Part shown: positions 47,574 through 55,672 of the stretch, piece after piece
Numbering within the stretch: position 1 is the first letter of the stretch
Layout of the letters: each line of letters starts with the position of its first letter
Source: a bacterium
GTDB taxonomy: Bacteria; Patescibacteriota; Patescibacteriia; Patescibacteriales; UBA12465
Length of the DNA: 60,849 bases
NCBI GenBank assembly: GCA_035388665.1
Contig: DAOOQF010000001.1
Coordinates: 1-60,849 of the forward strand
Direction: 5' to 3'
Position numbers and translations under genes: made by a program
Notes under the pieces: model-generated
Seen by the model: the letters and a program-made list of their open reading frames with translations, nothing else
Databases searched by the model: none
Told to the model about the DNA's origin: nothing

Positions 47574-48017
47574 TTATCTAGTAACTTCGATTGTTTTTCC
47601 TTGTTCAGCATTAGGAGCCATAATTTTTACTCTATTAGCTGTAGTTGAGGTAGAAATTGTATATTCGGTAGATGATGAAGTAGATTTTGGATCAAAAGGA
47701 ATTGATACTAAATATTCTGGAACTAATTCATCTAAAACAACTCCACAAGAAGCGCCAACGGTTTCTCCATAACGACAGATTTCTTTTGAAGTGCCATCAA
47801 TGTTTCCTCCTCCTGGTAAAGCACCGTCATTATCAATAGCGTATTGATAAACACCATTTAAAATTGTGTTAACATCAACCCATCTTTGTGAGTTACGAGT
47901 GTCAGCTAATTGCTTAGTTGGGTTAATGGCTAAAATAACGATACTAGCCAAAATAACCAAGGCGGCTACAGCTAACAAGATTTCAAGCAAAGTGAAACCA
48001 TTTTTGTTTTTGTTCAT
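47574..48017 (-). CDS. Type IV pilin-like protein (candidate major pilin A)
   Basis: MNKNKNG|FTLLEILLAVAALVILASIV class III signal with E at +5. About 140 aa mature protein. Cys pair in the C-terminal half (CRYGETVGASC). Confidence 0.85.
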   Translation of the reverse strand: MNKNKNGFTLLEILLAVAALVILASIVILAINPTKQLADTRNSQRWVDVNTILNGVYQYAIDNDGALPGGGNIDGTSKEICRYGETVGASCGVVLDELVPEYLVSIPFDPKSTSSSTEYTISTSTTANRVKIMAPNAEQGKTIEVTR

Positions 48018-48085
48018 AAAAACTTGTAATATTCCTATAAAATGACAGTCATTATTATAAAAATATTTAATTATAATATTTAAAA

Positions 48086-48532
48086 TTATTTTGTTATCTC
48101 TATTTCCTTTCCATTTTCAGCATTAATTGCTCGCACCACTATTCTATCATATTCTTTTCTAATAGTATAGCCCGTTTTATCCAAATTCTTAACCTTAGGG
48201 TCAACTGGAATTTCGTGTAGATAAATATTTTTATAAGTCAAAACTGACAAGTCGACTCCGTCATTACAAAAATAATTATTGGTTTGACAAATTTCTTTTT
48301 CCTCCTCGGTTATATCTTCTGGAAAATTACCATTATAATCAATTGAATATTGATAGAGAGCTTTCAATATAGTGTCAGCGTCAGATGATCTTTGTGCATT
48401 CCTAGTATTGGCCAATTGCTTCGCTGGATTTAAGGCCCAAAATATTATTAAAAATAAAGTAATAATAACAACAACAGCCAACAAGACTTCTATTAAAGTA
48501 AAACCATAATGTCTCCTTGCTATTAATCTCAT
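48086..48532 (-). CDS. Type IV pilin-like protein (candidate major pilin B, paralogue)
   Basis: HYG|FTLIEVLLAVVVI. Shares NP.KQLA.TRN.QR..D..TIL...YQY.ID..G..P with the neighbouring pilin. Confidence 0.85.
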   Translation of the reverse strand: MRLIARRHYGFTLIEVLLAVVVIITLFLIIFWALNPAKQLANTRNAQRSSDADTILKALYQYSIDYNGNFPEDITEEEKEICQTNNYFCNDGVDLSVLTYKNIYLHEIPVDPKVKNLDKTGYTIRKEYDRIVVRAINAENGKEIEITK

Positions 48533-48561
48533 AATAATATTATAATTGCTTTTTTAAAAAA

Positions 48562-48948
48562 TTAAAAATCAGCTACTTCCTGCCAAGAAACAATATTAAT
48601 CTCGGGATTAATTTGGTCAATTATTATTTTTTCTTTTCTAATAATATTTTCTACTTGCCCCCAAGAATTAATAGTTCTATTTTCTCCACTGCCAGATATA
48701 ACAGAATATGAACAATTCCCCTCTAATAATAAAAAATTATTAGCTCCGTCAAAATCATTTTCATCATTTATTTTTTGTAAAGCATATTCGGAACAAGTTT
48801 GAGCCAACATTCTGGCCTGATCGGATTTTTTTATAATAAGACCACCCTGTGAAGAATTAAGGTTTATATAAATCATAAAAACGGCAATTGATAAAATAAT
48901 AGCCCCAACAATAACGACACTAATTAAAGCTACAAACCCCTTTTTCAT
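48562..48948 (-). CDS. Pilus-associated minor pseudopilin-like protein (PilX-like N-terminus, no E+5)
   Basis: MKKGFVALISVVIVGAIILSIAVF hydrophobic N-terminus with Ile, not Glu, at +5. Its stop lies 1 nt from the start of the neighbouring pilin gene at 48562. Confidence 0.55.
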   Translation of the reverse strand: MKKGFVALISVVIVGAIILSIAVFMIYINLNSSQGGLIIKKSDQARMLAQTCSEYALQKINDENDFDGANNFLLLEGNCSYSVISGSGENRTINSWGQVENIIRKEKIIIDQINPEINIVSWQEVADF

Positions 48949-48949
48949 A

Positions 48950-49486
48950 TTATTTTAAATTTAAATTAACTGAACCAAAAAAATCTTTATTATATTCATA
49001 TTGTTTTTTCCCAGAACTATTTTTATAGGAAACTGTAAAAGAAAAATTAATGCCTTGAATATTATCAACAATTGAATTATTAATAAAATTTATATTAGAA
49101 ATAACCACCCTATCTGAATTTAAATTATCAATTACAATTCCATTTTCGGAGGTCATCAAGGTGTCGGCGTCCAAATAAAAAACGATTGGACTTCTTGAAA
49201 TATCAAAAGATTGCAAAGACAAGGAAGATGAGTTATTTCCTATGGTTGGGGAAATAATCGATTGAGCATTTCTAATTCCTTGACTAATAATTTGAGAAAT
49301 AAACAATCCTTGTTGCTCCACTTCAATAGTGACGGAGTTTTTATTTTTATTTTCATAAAAAATATTCAAAACTAAGAATAGGGATACAAAAAAAACAGAA
49401 AAAAGAGCAATATAAAAAATTAATTCTATTAAAGTAAATCCGTTTTTTCGTTTATTTTTTATTTTCAGTTTATTTTTTATTTTCAT
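48950..49486 (-). CDS. Minor pseudopilin (prepilin-type N-terminal methylation motif)
   Basis: KNG|FTLIELIFYIALFSVFFVSLF. 178 aa, with a beta-rich C-terminus. Confidence 0.8.
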   Translation of the reverse strand: MKIKNKLKIKNKRKNGFTLIELIFYIALFSVFFVSLFLVLNIFYENKNKNSVTIEVEQQGLFISQIISQGIRNAQSIISPTIGNNSSSLSLQSFDISRSPIVFYLDADTLMTSENGIVIDNLNSDRVVISNINFINNSIVDNIQGINFSFTVSYKNSSGKKQYEYNKDFFGSVNLNLK

Positions 49487-49491
49487 AAATA

Positions 49492-51972
49492 TTAAAAACT
49501 AATCGGTCCAACTGTCTTGCTAGAACCATCGGAAAAATTAAAGACTATACTATTTATAGTTCTATTTCTAAAATCATTTTGAAACCTAAATCCTAAAGTA
49601 TAAATATCACTTGAATTAATAATATAATTACTAAAGTTAATAGTATAGGGAGAATTATTATTTGAAGCTACGGAGGTCCCGCTTAAAATAGTTTCGCGAA
49701 GCCTAGAACCACCTGTCCAGGTCAATCTAATTGAGGTTAAAGTTAAACTATTAGAGCTATTATTAGTAAGAAAAATATTATAGACACTACGATTATTAGG
49801 GTTACCAGAGCCTACATAGGCCCCACTAGTATCTACCGAGAGATAATCAGCTTGAGGCAGCGGTCGATTAGCACAATAACCAAAAGATGTCGGACTTCCT
49901 GATAAAATATTTTTATTATAAGAAAGACCAGAAGCATTTAATATTGGCTCCGTAAATGACCAATTAGCATTCCAAACGCTATATGGAGTCCCATTTTCTG
50001 GAGCAGTGCTTAAATCTACATTAACAAACCAAGCAATTGGAGTAACAGAATTAGTTGAAACATTGACAGTGGCACAATATCCGGAACCCCAATCACTATC
50101 AATCGTAATTGAGTAATTAGCCTCTTCATCCGGATAAATAATTTCTGGTCGATTAGCGCAATAGCCAAAAACAACTGGGTTACCAATAGAGACCTCATTG
50201 TTATAAGCCAAGCCCGAGACGCTCAGAATTGGCTCAGAAAAAGACCAGTCAACTTCCCAAGCAGTATAAGGAATGCCATCAATCGGGGCAGTATCAAGTA
50301 ATAAATCGGTTTGCCAGATTATTGGACTAGCTGAATCAGTAGATACAATAACATCAGCGCAATATCCAGTGCCCCAATCACTTGTTATGTTGATGTTATA
50401 ATCTATTATCGGAGCTGGCGGTAAGCATGACTCCGCTTCAAAGGAGATAATTGGTTCAGAATCATAATATTTTTTTATTAAAACATTATTAGGATAATTT
50501 GGAGTAGCATATCCATAATTATTATATAAATCTAAAATTTCTTCAGCTAATAAAGCTTTATTATATATTTGAGTCTTATCAATATTACCATTAAAATATC
50601 TGTCGTTACTAGATCTGCTGCCAAGTCTCAAGTCGCTATTAGAGGTAACTAGATTGCCACTCCAAGTAGCTTGTCCACTTAATTGTCCATTAACATAAAT
50701 TTTTAAGGTCGCTCCATCATATGTGCCAACAACAAATTGCCAAACACCCTGAAGAGGTGGGGCCGAGCTAGCTGCCCAACGATTACCGGCCGATGTTCTA
50801 ATAGCAAATTCAAAACTGCTATTATTACTACTATGATGAAGTCTATACTGATTATCAACGTTTTTGTTTATAATAGATGACCATTGAGCTCCAGAGGCAG
50901 GATTAATATTCCACCTAACCCAAGAGGCCAAAGTAATTTCATCGGTCATATTTAAACTAGCGGAGTCGCTAACATTAACATAATCATTAATACCATCAAA
51001 TCTCAGAGAATCATTTAAAAGGCCTATTTCTCTAGAAGCCCCTGAGATAGAGCCAGCATTATTATTTCCGGAAGAATCTTCTACGATTGATCCCGCTCCC
51101 TCATCCATAGAAAAATCTAAAATTAAACCACCATTTATTTCTCTCACAAAAACACTAGAGGTAGCGCTAACACTGTCGGCCAAACTATTATTATAATACA
51201 AATAAATATTGTTATTGGCACTATTGGTGATAGTTGATACTTTTGTCCAAATCTTTGTTTCAACAGTATTACAAGTGCTTGGCTCTATCCAATGAGGCAA
51301 CTCCACATTTCCAGAATAATCAACAATTCTAATATCACTACAATCACTTTTTATTTTTCCCTGTGATATTAACTCGGCAGTATTAAAAGTTAATAATAAT
51401 TGATAATTAGAAAAACTTTGAGAAGCAGATGAATTATCGATAATTATATTTTGTCGACAATTCCAATTATTATCCCACCAGATAGTTGGCCCCAAATCAA
51501 TCTTGGCCCAATCGGTAAAATGCTTAGATAAAATAACCCGACCCAAGCGATTAAATTTTTTAGTCCAAGATATTTCCACTACAGCCTTCTTTTCTTTTTC
51601 TGATATTGTAGAAATTGTGACTACTCTTCTAAACCCAGCGGTCTCATCATATTGACCAGAAAAATTCCACTCACCTCCGGAAAAAACCAAACCATGAACA
51701 CCATCCGACAACCCAGCAAAATCTGAATTTCTAATACTCTCTACCGCCATCATACCTTCGTTAGCCAGAAGAGAGGCTCGAGAAGATAAATTATCCTTGC
51801 TCAAAGAATCTCTACCATATAATAATAGCCCGGTAACTGAAACTAATAACAAAATAAAAATGGAACTAGATAATAATATTTCCAAAACACCAAAACCTTT
51901 TTTATGGCGAAAAAATATACAAGAAAAATATTTTAGCCAGAAATTTATTTTAAAAACAACATTTGTATTCAT
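49492..51972 (-). CDS. Giant pseudopilin: prepilin N-terminus + DUF2341-like + LamG/ConA-like + 2 x CBM2-like modules + C-terminal beta-rich domain
   Basis: KKG|FGVLEILLSSSIFILLL (E+5). WWDNNWNCRQNIIIDNS...DIRIVDYSGN.ELPHWIE...KIWTKV...IYLYYNN (DUF2341-like). MDEGAGSIVEDSSGNNNAGSI...LRFDGINDYVNV...ITLASWVRW...WQFVVGTYDGATLKIYVNG...LRLGS...FNGNIDKTQIYNKAL (Laminin_G_3-like). Two tandem repeats of about 95 aa ending in FGYCANRP. Confidence 0.8.
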   Translation of the reverse strand: MNTNVVFKINFWLKYFSCIFFRHKKGFGVLEILLSSSIFILLLVSVTGLLLYGRDSLSKDNLSSRASLLANEGMMAVESIRNSDFAGLSDGVHGLVFSGGEWNFSGQYDETAGFRRVVTISTISEKEKKAVVEISWTKKFNRLGRVILSKHFTDWAKIDLGPTIWWDNNWNCRQNIIIDNSSASQSFSNYQLLLTFNTAELISQGKIKSDCSDIRIVDYSGNVELPHWIEPSTCNTVETKIWTKVSTITNSANNNIYLYYNNSLADSVSATSSVFVREINGGLILDFSMDEGAGSIVEDSSGNNNAGSISGASREIGLLNDSLRFDGINDYVNVSDSASLNMTDEITLASWVRWNINPASGAQWSSIINKNVDNQYRLHHSSNNSSFEFAIRTSAGNRWAASSAPPLQGVWQFVVGTYDGATLKIYVNGQLSGQATWSGNLVTSNSDLRLGSRSSNDRYFNGNIDKTQIYNKALLAEEILDLYNNYGYATPNYPNNVLIKKYYDSEPIISFEAESCLPPAPIIDYNINITSDWGTGYCADVIVSTDSASPIIWQTDLLLDTAPIDGIPYTAWEVDWSFSEPILSVSGLAYNNEVSIGNPVVFGYCANRPEIIYPDEEANYSITIDSDWGSGYCATVNVSTNSVTPIAWFVNVDLSTAPENGTPYSVWNANWSFTEPILNASGLSYNKNILSGSPTSFGYCANRPLPQADYLSVDTSGAYVGSGNPNNRSVYNIFLTNNSSNSLTLTSIRLTWTGGSRLRETILSGTSVASNNNSPYTINFSNYIINSSDIYTLGFRFQNDFRNRTINSIVFNFSDGSSKTVGPISF
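49862..50420 (-). repeat. Tandem in-frame duplication encoding the two CBM2-like modules of the giant pseudopilin
   Basis: Repeat 1: ...NITSDWGTGYCADVIVSTDSASPIIWQTDLLLDTAPIDGIPYTAWEVDWSFSEPILSVSGLAYNNEVSIGNPVVFGYCANRP. Repeat 2: ...TIDSDWGSGYCATVNVSTNSVTPIAWFVNVDLSTAPENGTPYSVWNANWSFTEPILNASGLSYNKNILSGSPTSFGYCANRP. Confidence 0.8.
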
Positions 51973-51978
51973 ATAATA

Positions 51979-52425
51979 TTAATATTCAATAACCCCTAGG
52001 CTATTTATATTTAAAATTTTATTTTTGTTACCATCGCTCAAAATTATGTCTCCGCCTAAATTAGGACGACCACTAAACTTTAAAAAAACAATTTCATCTA
52101 AACCAGAATTCTTTATATTTTTATTAACTTTAAATATTTCGTCCCAAGAAGAATCTCTGGACAAATAATCAACGCCTCTAAAGATAATAATATCCTCATC
52201 AATTAATTTTATGCCCCAAGAAGAATCTCCCTCAACAGCCATCGATAATAATTGCGCTTTTCTTAAAGAGCTAGCCAAGGCATTAGCTGAATTATCAAGA
52301 TCATCGGCGCTTTTAGCCGAAAAATAAATGGGAGCAACGATAGCTGAAGTTATTGCCAGTAGGGCTACTACTAAAACAAGTTCTAAAAGAGTGAATCCAA
52401 TTTTTTTATTTAAAATTTTGATCAT
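51979..52425 (-). CDS. Minor pseudopilin, GspH/FimT-like
   Basis: KKIG|FTLLELVLVVALLAITSAI, followed by ...NSANALASSLRKAQLLSM, which is typical of GspH/FimT-type pseudopilins. Confidence 0.75.
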   Translation of the reverse strand: MIKILNKKIGFTLLELVLVVALLAITSAIVAPIYFSAKSADDLDNSANALASSLRKAQLLSMAVEGDSSWGIKLIDEDIIIFRGVDYLSRDSSWDEIFKVNKNIKNSGLDEIVFLKFSGRPNLGGDIILSDGNKNKILNINSLGVIEY

Positions 52426-52438
52426 AACTGGTCATAAA

Positions 52439-53491
52439 TTAATTTATTTGACCGATAAGATTATATACTGGCAAAATTATAGCCAAGGCCAGAAAAAGAA
52501 CGCCCACCCAGACAATCACCAATAGAATTGGCTCTAAGGCAACCGCTAAATTTTTAGTAGTTAGATCTAGCTTTTCTTCATAATTTTTTCCAATCTTAGA
52601 AAAAGATTCTGACAACCTACCTGACTTCTCGCCTACAAAAATTATTTGTTGAATTGGCAAAGGAATATATCTATTTATCTTTCGATAAGAAATCATACTT
52701 TCCCTGAAAGACAATCCTTCTGAAATTTTATTAGATAAATGTTTATATATTTTTTTATAAAAATGATAAGGCGAAGATTGCTCCATTGATTTTAAAGCTT
52801 CTGTAATACTAAAACCAGCCCCCAACAAAACTCCCAAAATAAAACCAAAACGAGAAAGCTCTGATTCTACTATTAATTTTTTGGTTACAAAAATATTAAA
52901 TAAAAAATTTTGACCAATATATTTAGTCTTTTTATTAATAAAAAATAAATAAAACATTAATATTATTAAACCAAAAACCACTGGGAAAAAGATAATTCCA
53001 TAACTCTGAAAAAATAAACCAACAGAAATCATTATTCTAGTAAGAAGAGGCAATTCGATATCAAGCTGAGTAAAAATTAGAGCTAACTTAGGAAGTAAAA
53101 ACCAACTCATACCAAAACCAATTACTAAAACCATCGACAAAACAATCACTGGATACATTAAGGCTGAATAAACTTTACTTCTAAATATTTTTTCCTTTTG
53201 GTATTGTCCAGACAGAATTTTTAAGTTCTCGCCCAAATGTCCAGACTCCTCCCCTATTTTAACCAAAGAAATGTCACGACTAGAAAATATTTTAATTTTC
53301 TCTAGGGCTTGCCAAAGATTAAATCCAGAGTCTATATATTCTCGAAGAGACAAAATTTTTTCTTTAAATCCTTTACCATCTATTCCACTAAAAATAATTG
53401 ATAAAGCCTCAGAAATATTAACCCCAGAATCTATTAAGATTGATAAATTTTCTACAAAATATTCTTTATTCTTGGTATTACTTGTAAACAT
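52439..53491 (-). CDS. pilC: Type IV pilus / T2SS platform protein (GspF/PilC family)
   Basis: Two T2SSF-like repeats (LS.L..SG.....AL.....; ...GE.SG.L...L). Three TM segments. C-terminal EP.L...VW..V.F.A.AI.LP. Confidence 0.88.
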   Translation of the reverse strand: MFTSNTKNKEYFVENLSILIDSGVNISEALSIIFSGIDGKGFKEKILSLREYIDSGFNLWQALEKIKIFSSRDISLVKIGEESGHLGENLKILSGQYQKEKIFRSKVYSALMYPVIVLSMVLVIGFGMSWFLLPKLALIFTQLDIELPLLTRIMISVGLFFQSYGIIFFPVVFGLIILMFYLFFINKKTKYIGQNFLFNIFVTKKLIVESELSRFGFILGVLLGAGFSITEALKSMEQSSPYHFYKKIYKHLSNKISEGLSFRESMISYRKINRYIPLPIQQIIFVGEKSGRLSESFSKIGKNYEEKLDLTTKNLAVALEPILLVIVWVGVLFLALAIILPVYNLIGQIN

Positions 53492-53508
53492 ATTTTTATA
53501 TAGATTAA

Positions 53509-55155
53509 TTACGGCAAAGCCACCCTCAATAAATCATCCAACGAAGTAATACCATTTTTTACCTTAACAACCCCATCACCAAACAAAGAAGTAGTTCCCT
53601 GCTTTTGGGCTAATTCCCAAATCTGTTTAGCCGAAGGTTTAGTAAGTATTAGATCCTGCATTTCAGTGGTGTTTAGAATTATTTCAAAGATAGCCAGACG
53701 CCCTTTATATCCAGTAAAGCCACAGGCCTCGCAACCATGAGCCTGAAAAATAACATTGTCATCCTTTTTAAAGTATTTAGAAACTCCGACATGATGTCTT
53801 TCTAAATCCTCTTTAGTAACGCTAACGCTATAACGACATTTTTCACATAAACGACGAACTAATCTTTGAGCAACAACTACCCTCAAAGTTGATGACAATA
53901 AAAAAGGCTCAATATTCATATCCAGCAAACGAGCAATGGTGGTAGCAGCATCATTAGCGTGAAAAGTTGAGAAAAGCAAATGACCAGTCAAAGCTGAATT
54001 AACAGCCATCTCAGCAGTCTCATCATCTCTAATTTCACCCACCATAATAATATCAGGGTCTTGTCTAACAATTGATCTCAATCCCTTGAAAAAGGTTAGG
54101 TTGGTACTAGTATTAACCTGAATTTGGTTAACCCCCTTAATTCGATATTCAATCGGATCTTCCAGCGTGGTAATATTTACCCTAGGGTTATTTAATAATT
54201 TTAGTAATGCATAGAGAGTAGTAGTCTTACCACTACCAGTTGGTCCAGATGTTAAAATCATCCCGAAGGGTCTCTTTATCTCCTGTCTAATTATATCTCT
54301 TTCTTTTTTTTCTAAACCAATTTCGTGAAGATTGAATCCTTTAATATATTTGGCCAAAACACGAATAGCAATTTTTTCACCGTAAATAACAGGCAAAATA
54401 GAAATACGTAAATCAATCTCTTGACCATCAGAAAGATATTTCATAGATCCATCTTGGGCGGAATAATGTTCATCAATTCTCAAGTCGCTCTGAACTTTTA
54501 TGAAGTTTAAAATATTATTGTAATATTCCTTGGATATACGACCAGCCTCCTGCAAGACGCCATCAACCCTAAAACGAATAATAGTTTCTTTGCTTTGAGG
54601 TTCAAAATGAATATCAGAAGAATTATAAGATAAGGCGTCTTTAAAAATTTCTCCCACGATTTCTTGAGCCACTCTTTTGCCGGTTGCAATAATATCACTA
54701 AATCTGGTTTTTAACGGTTTTTTATAAAAATATTCAAAAACAAAATCAACATCCTCTGATAAAGAATAAGATAAGATAATATTTTCAACAGGAAAAATTT
54801 CATGCATTTTTGAAAATAATTCTCTAGCCTTTTTAATATCATCTGAGCAAAAGAACATTTTGTCTCCTTCCTCCTTAATCAAAACAACCCGATATTCTTT
54901 GGCAATGTCTTCGGGTATTTTTAAGACCTGTTCATAGGTTGGCAAGTTTAATTTTAAATCAAAATAAGGAACGCCCTCCGATTCAGAAATTGACTCCCCC
55001 AAAAGCTCTTTGGTTAATAATCCATTTTCTAGGAGATAGTCGACCAAAGAAACATCAGAATTTATAAGATTTTTTTCAGCCTTGTCTAAATCAACTTTAG
55101 TAATATAACTACCAGAGATTAAAATATCTCTTATTTTTTGATTATCAAAATTCAT
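53509..55155 (-). CDS. pilB: Type IV pilus assembly / T2SS ATPase (GspE/PilB family)
   Basis: N-terminal GSPII-like domain. SDIHFEP. Walker A SGPTGSGKTTTLY. Asp box TLEDPIEY. Walker B PDIIMVGEIRD. His box TGHLLFSTFHAN. Tetracysteine CEKC...CEACGFTGYKGR. Confidence 0.95.
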   Translation of the reverse strand: MNFDNQKIRDILISGSYITKVDLDKAEKNLINSDVSLVDYLLENGLLTKELLGESISESEGVPYFDLKLNLPTYEQVLKIPEDIAKEYRVVLIKEEGDKMFFCSDDIKKARELFSKMHEIFPVENIILSYSLSEDVDFVFEYFYKKPLKTRFSDIIATGKRVAQEIVGEIFKDALSYNSSDIHFEPQSKETIIRFRVDGVLQEAGRISKEYYNNILNFIKVQSDLRIDEHYSAQDGSMKYLSDGQEIDLRISILPVIYGEKIAIRVLAKYIKGFNLHEIGLEKKERDIIRQEIKRPFGMILTSGPTGSGKTTTLYALLKLLNNPRVNITTLEDPIEYRIKGVNQIQVNTSTNLTFFKGLRSIVRQDPDIIMVGEIRDDETAEMAVNSALTGHLLFSTFHANDAATTIARLLDMNIEPFLLSSTLRVVVAQRLVRRLCEKCRYSVSVTKEDLERHHVGVSKYFKKDDNVIFQAHGCEACGFTGYKGRLAIFEIILNTTEMQDLILTKPSAKQIWELAQKQGTTSLFGDGVVKVKNGITSLDDLLRVALP

Positions 55156-55167
55156 AAAAAATTAAAT

Positions 55168-55539
55168 TTATTTTAAAATATCTTTGATATAATTAATTAT
55201 ATCAACAATACTAACGTCCGATTTTATAAAATATTTTTTAATACCGAACTTCTCGACTTTTTTTAAGTCCTCTTCTTGACCCAAGTTTGAGGTTACAATA
55301 ACTGGAGTCTTGTTTTTTCCGGCTGACATTTTTTCCAGAACATCAAAACCACTAATATTTGGCATTACCAAATCTAAAAGCATTAGATCAAATTTTTCTT
55401 TTTTCAAATAATCCAGGGCTTCTTGTCCGTCGACAGCTATTCTAGGTCTAAATCCCGAATTTAATAATTTTAATTCCAAGGCTCTAGCCAAGGGTTTTTC
55501 ATCTTCTACTATCAAAATCTTTTTTGGTTGTGAAACCAT
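55168..55539 (-). CDS. Single-domain response regulator (CheY/PilH-like) heading the pilus operon
   Basis: ILIVEDE, phospho-acceptor context LMLLDLVMPNISGF, conserved T/S in VIVTSNL, K in IKKYFIKS. 12 nt upstream of pilB. Confidence 0.85.
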   Translation of the reverse strand: MVSQPKKILIVEDEKPLARALELKLLNSGFRPRIAVDGQEALDYLKKEKFDLMLLDLVMPNISGFDVLEKMSAGKNKTPVIVTSNLGQEEDLKKVEKFGIKKYFIKSDVSIVDIINYIKDILK

Positions 55540-55672
55540 ATTTTTATAAATTATTTATCCACTTTCTTATAGTTATATTTCATTTTAAATATATCATAAA
55601 AATATAAATCCGACAAATATTTTTTTGTTTTAATAGTTGAAAAAATATGACCAAAATGATAACATTAATATT

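Noticed and set aside
55555-55563. DnaA-box-like 9-mer TTATCCACT between the pilus-operon receiver and polA; a second weaker one, TTATCCAAA, at 8052-8060
   Set aside because: Each is a single, isolated near-consensus box. There is no cluster of boxes, no adjacent AT-rich unwinding repeats that stand out from the AT-rich background, and no dnaA or dnaN nearby. This is not enough to call an origin.
55540-55636. Candidate promoters for the pilus operon (minus strand TTGTCG-17-TATATT) and for polA (TTGAAA-17-TAACAT)
   Set aside because: Hexamer matches of this quality occur frequently by chance in DNA this AT-rich. There is no supporting feature such as a perfect -10 element or conservation, so I did not list them as features.
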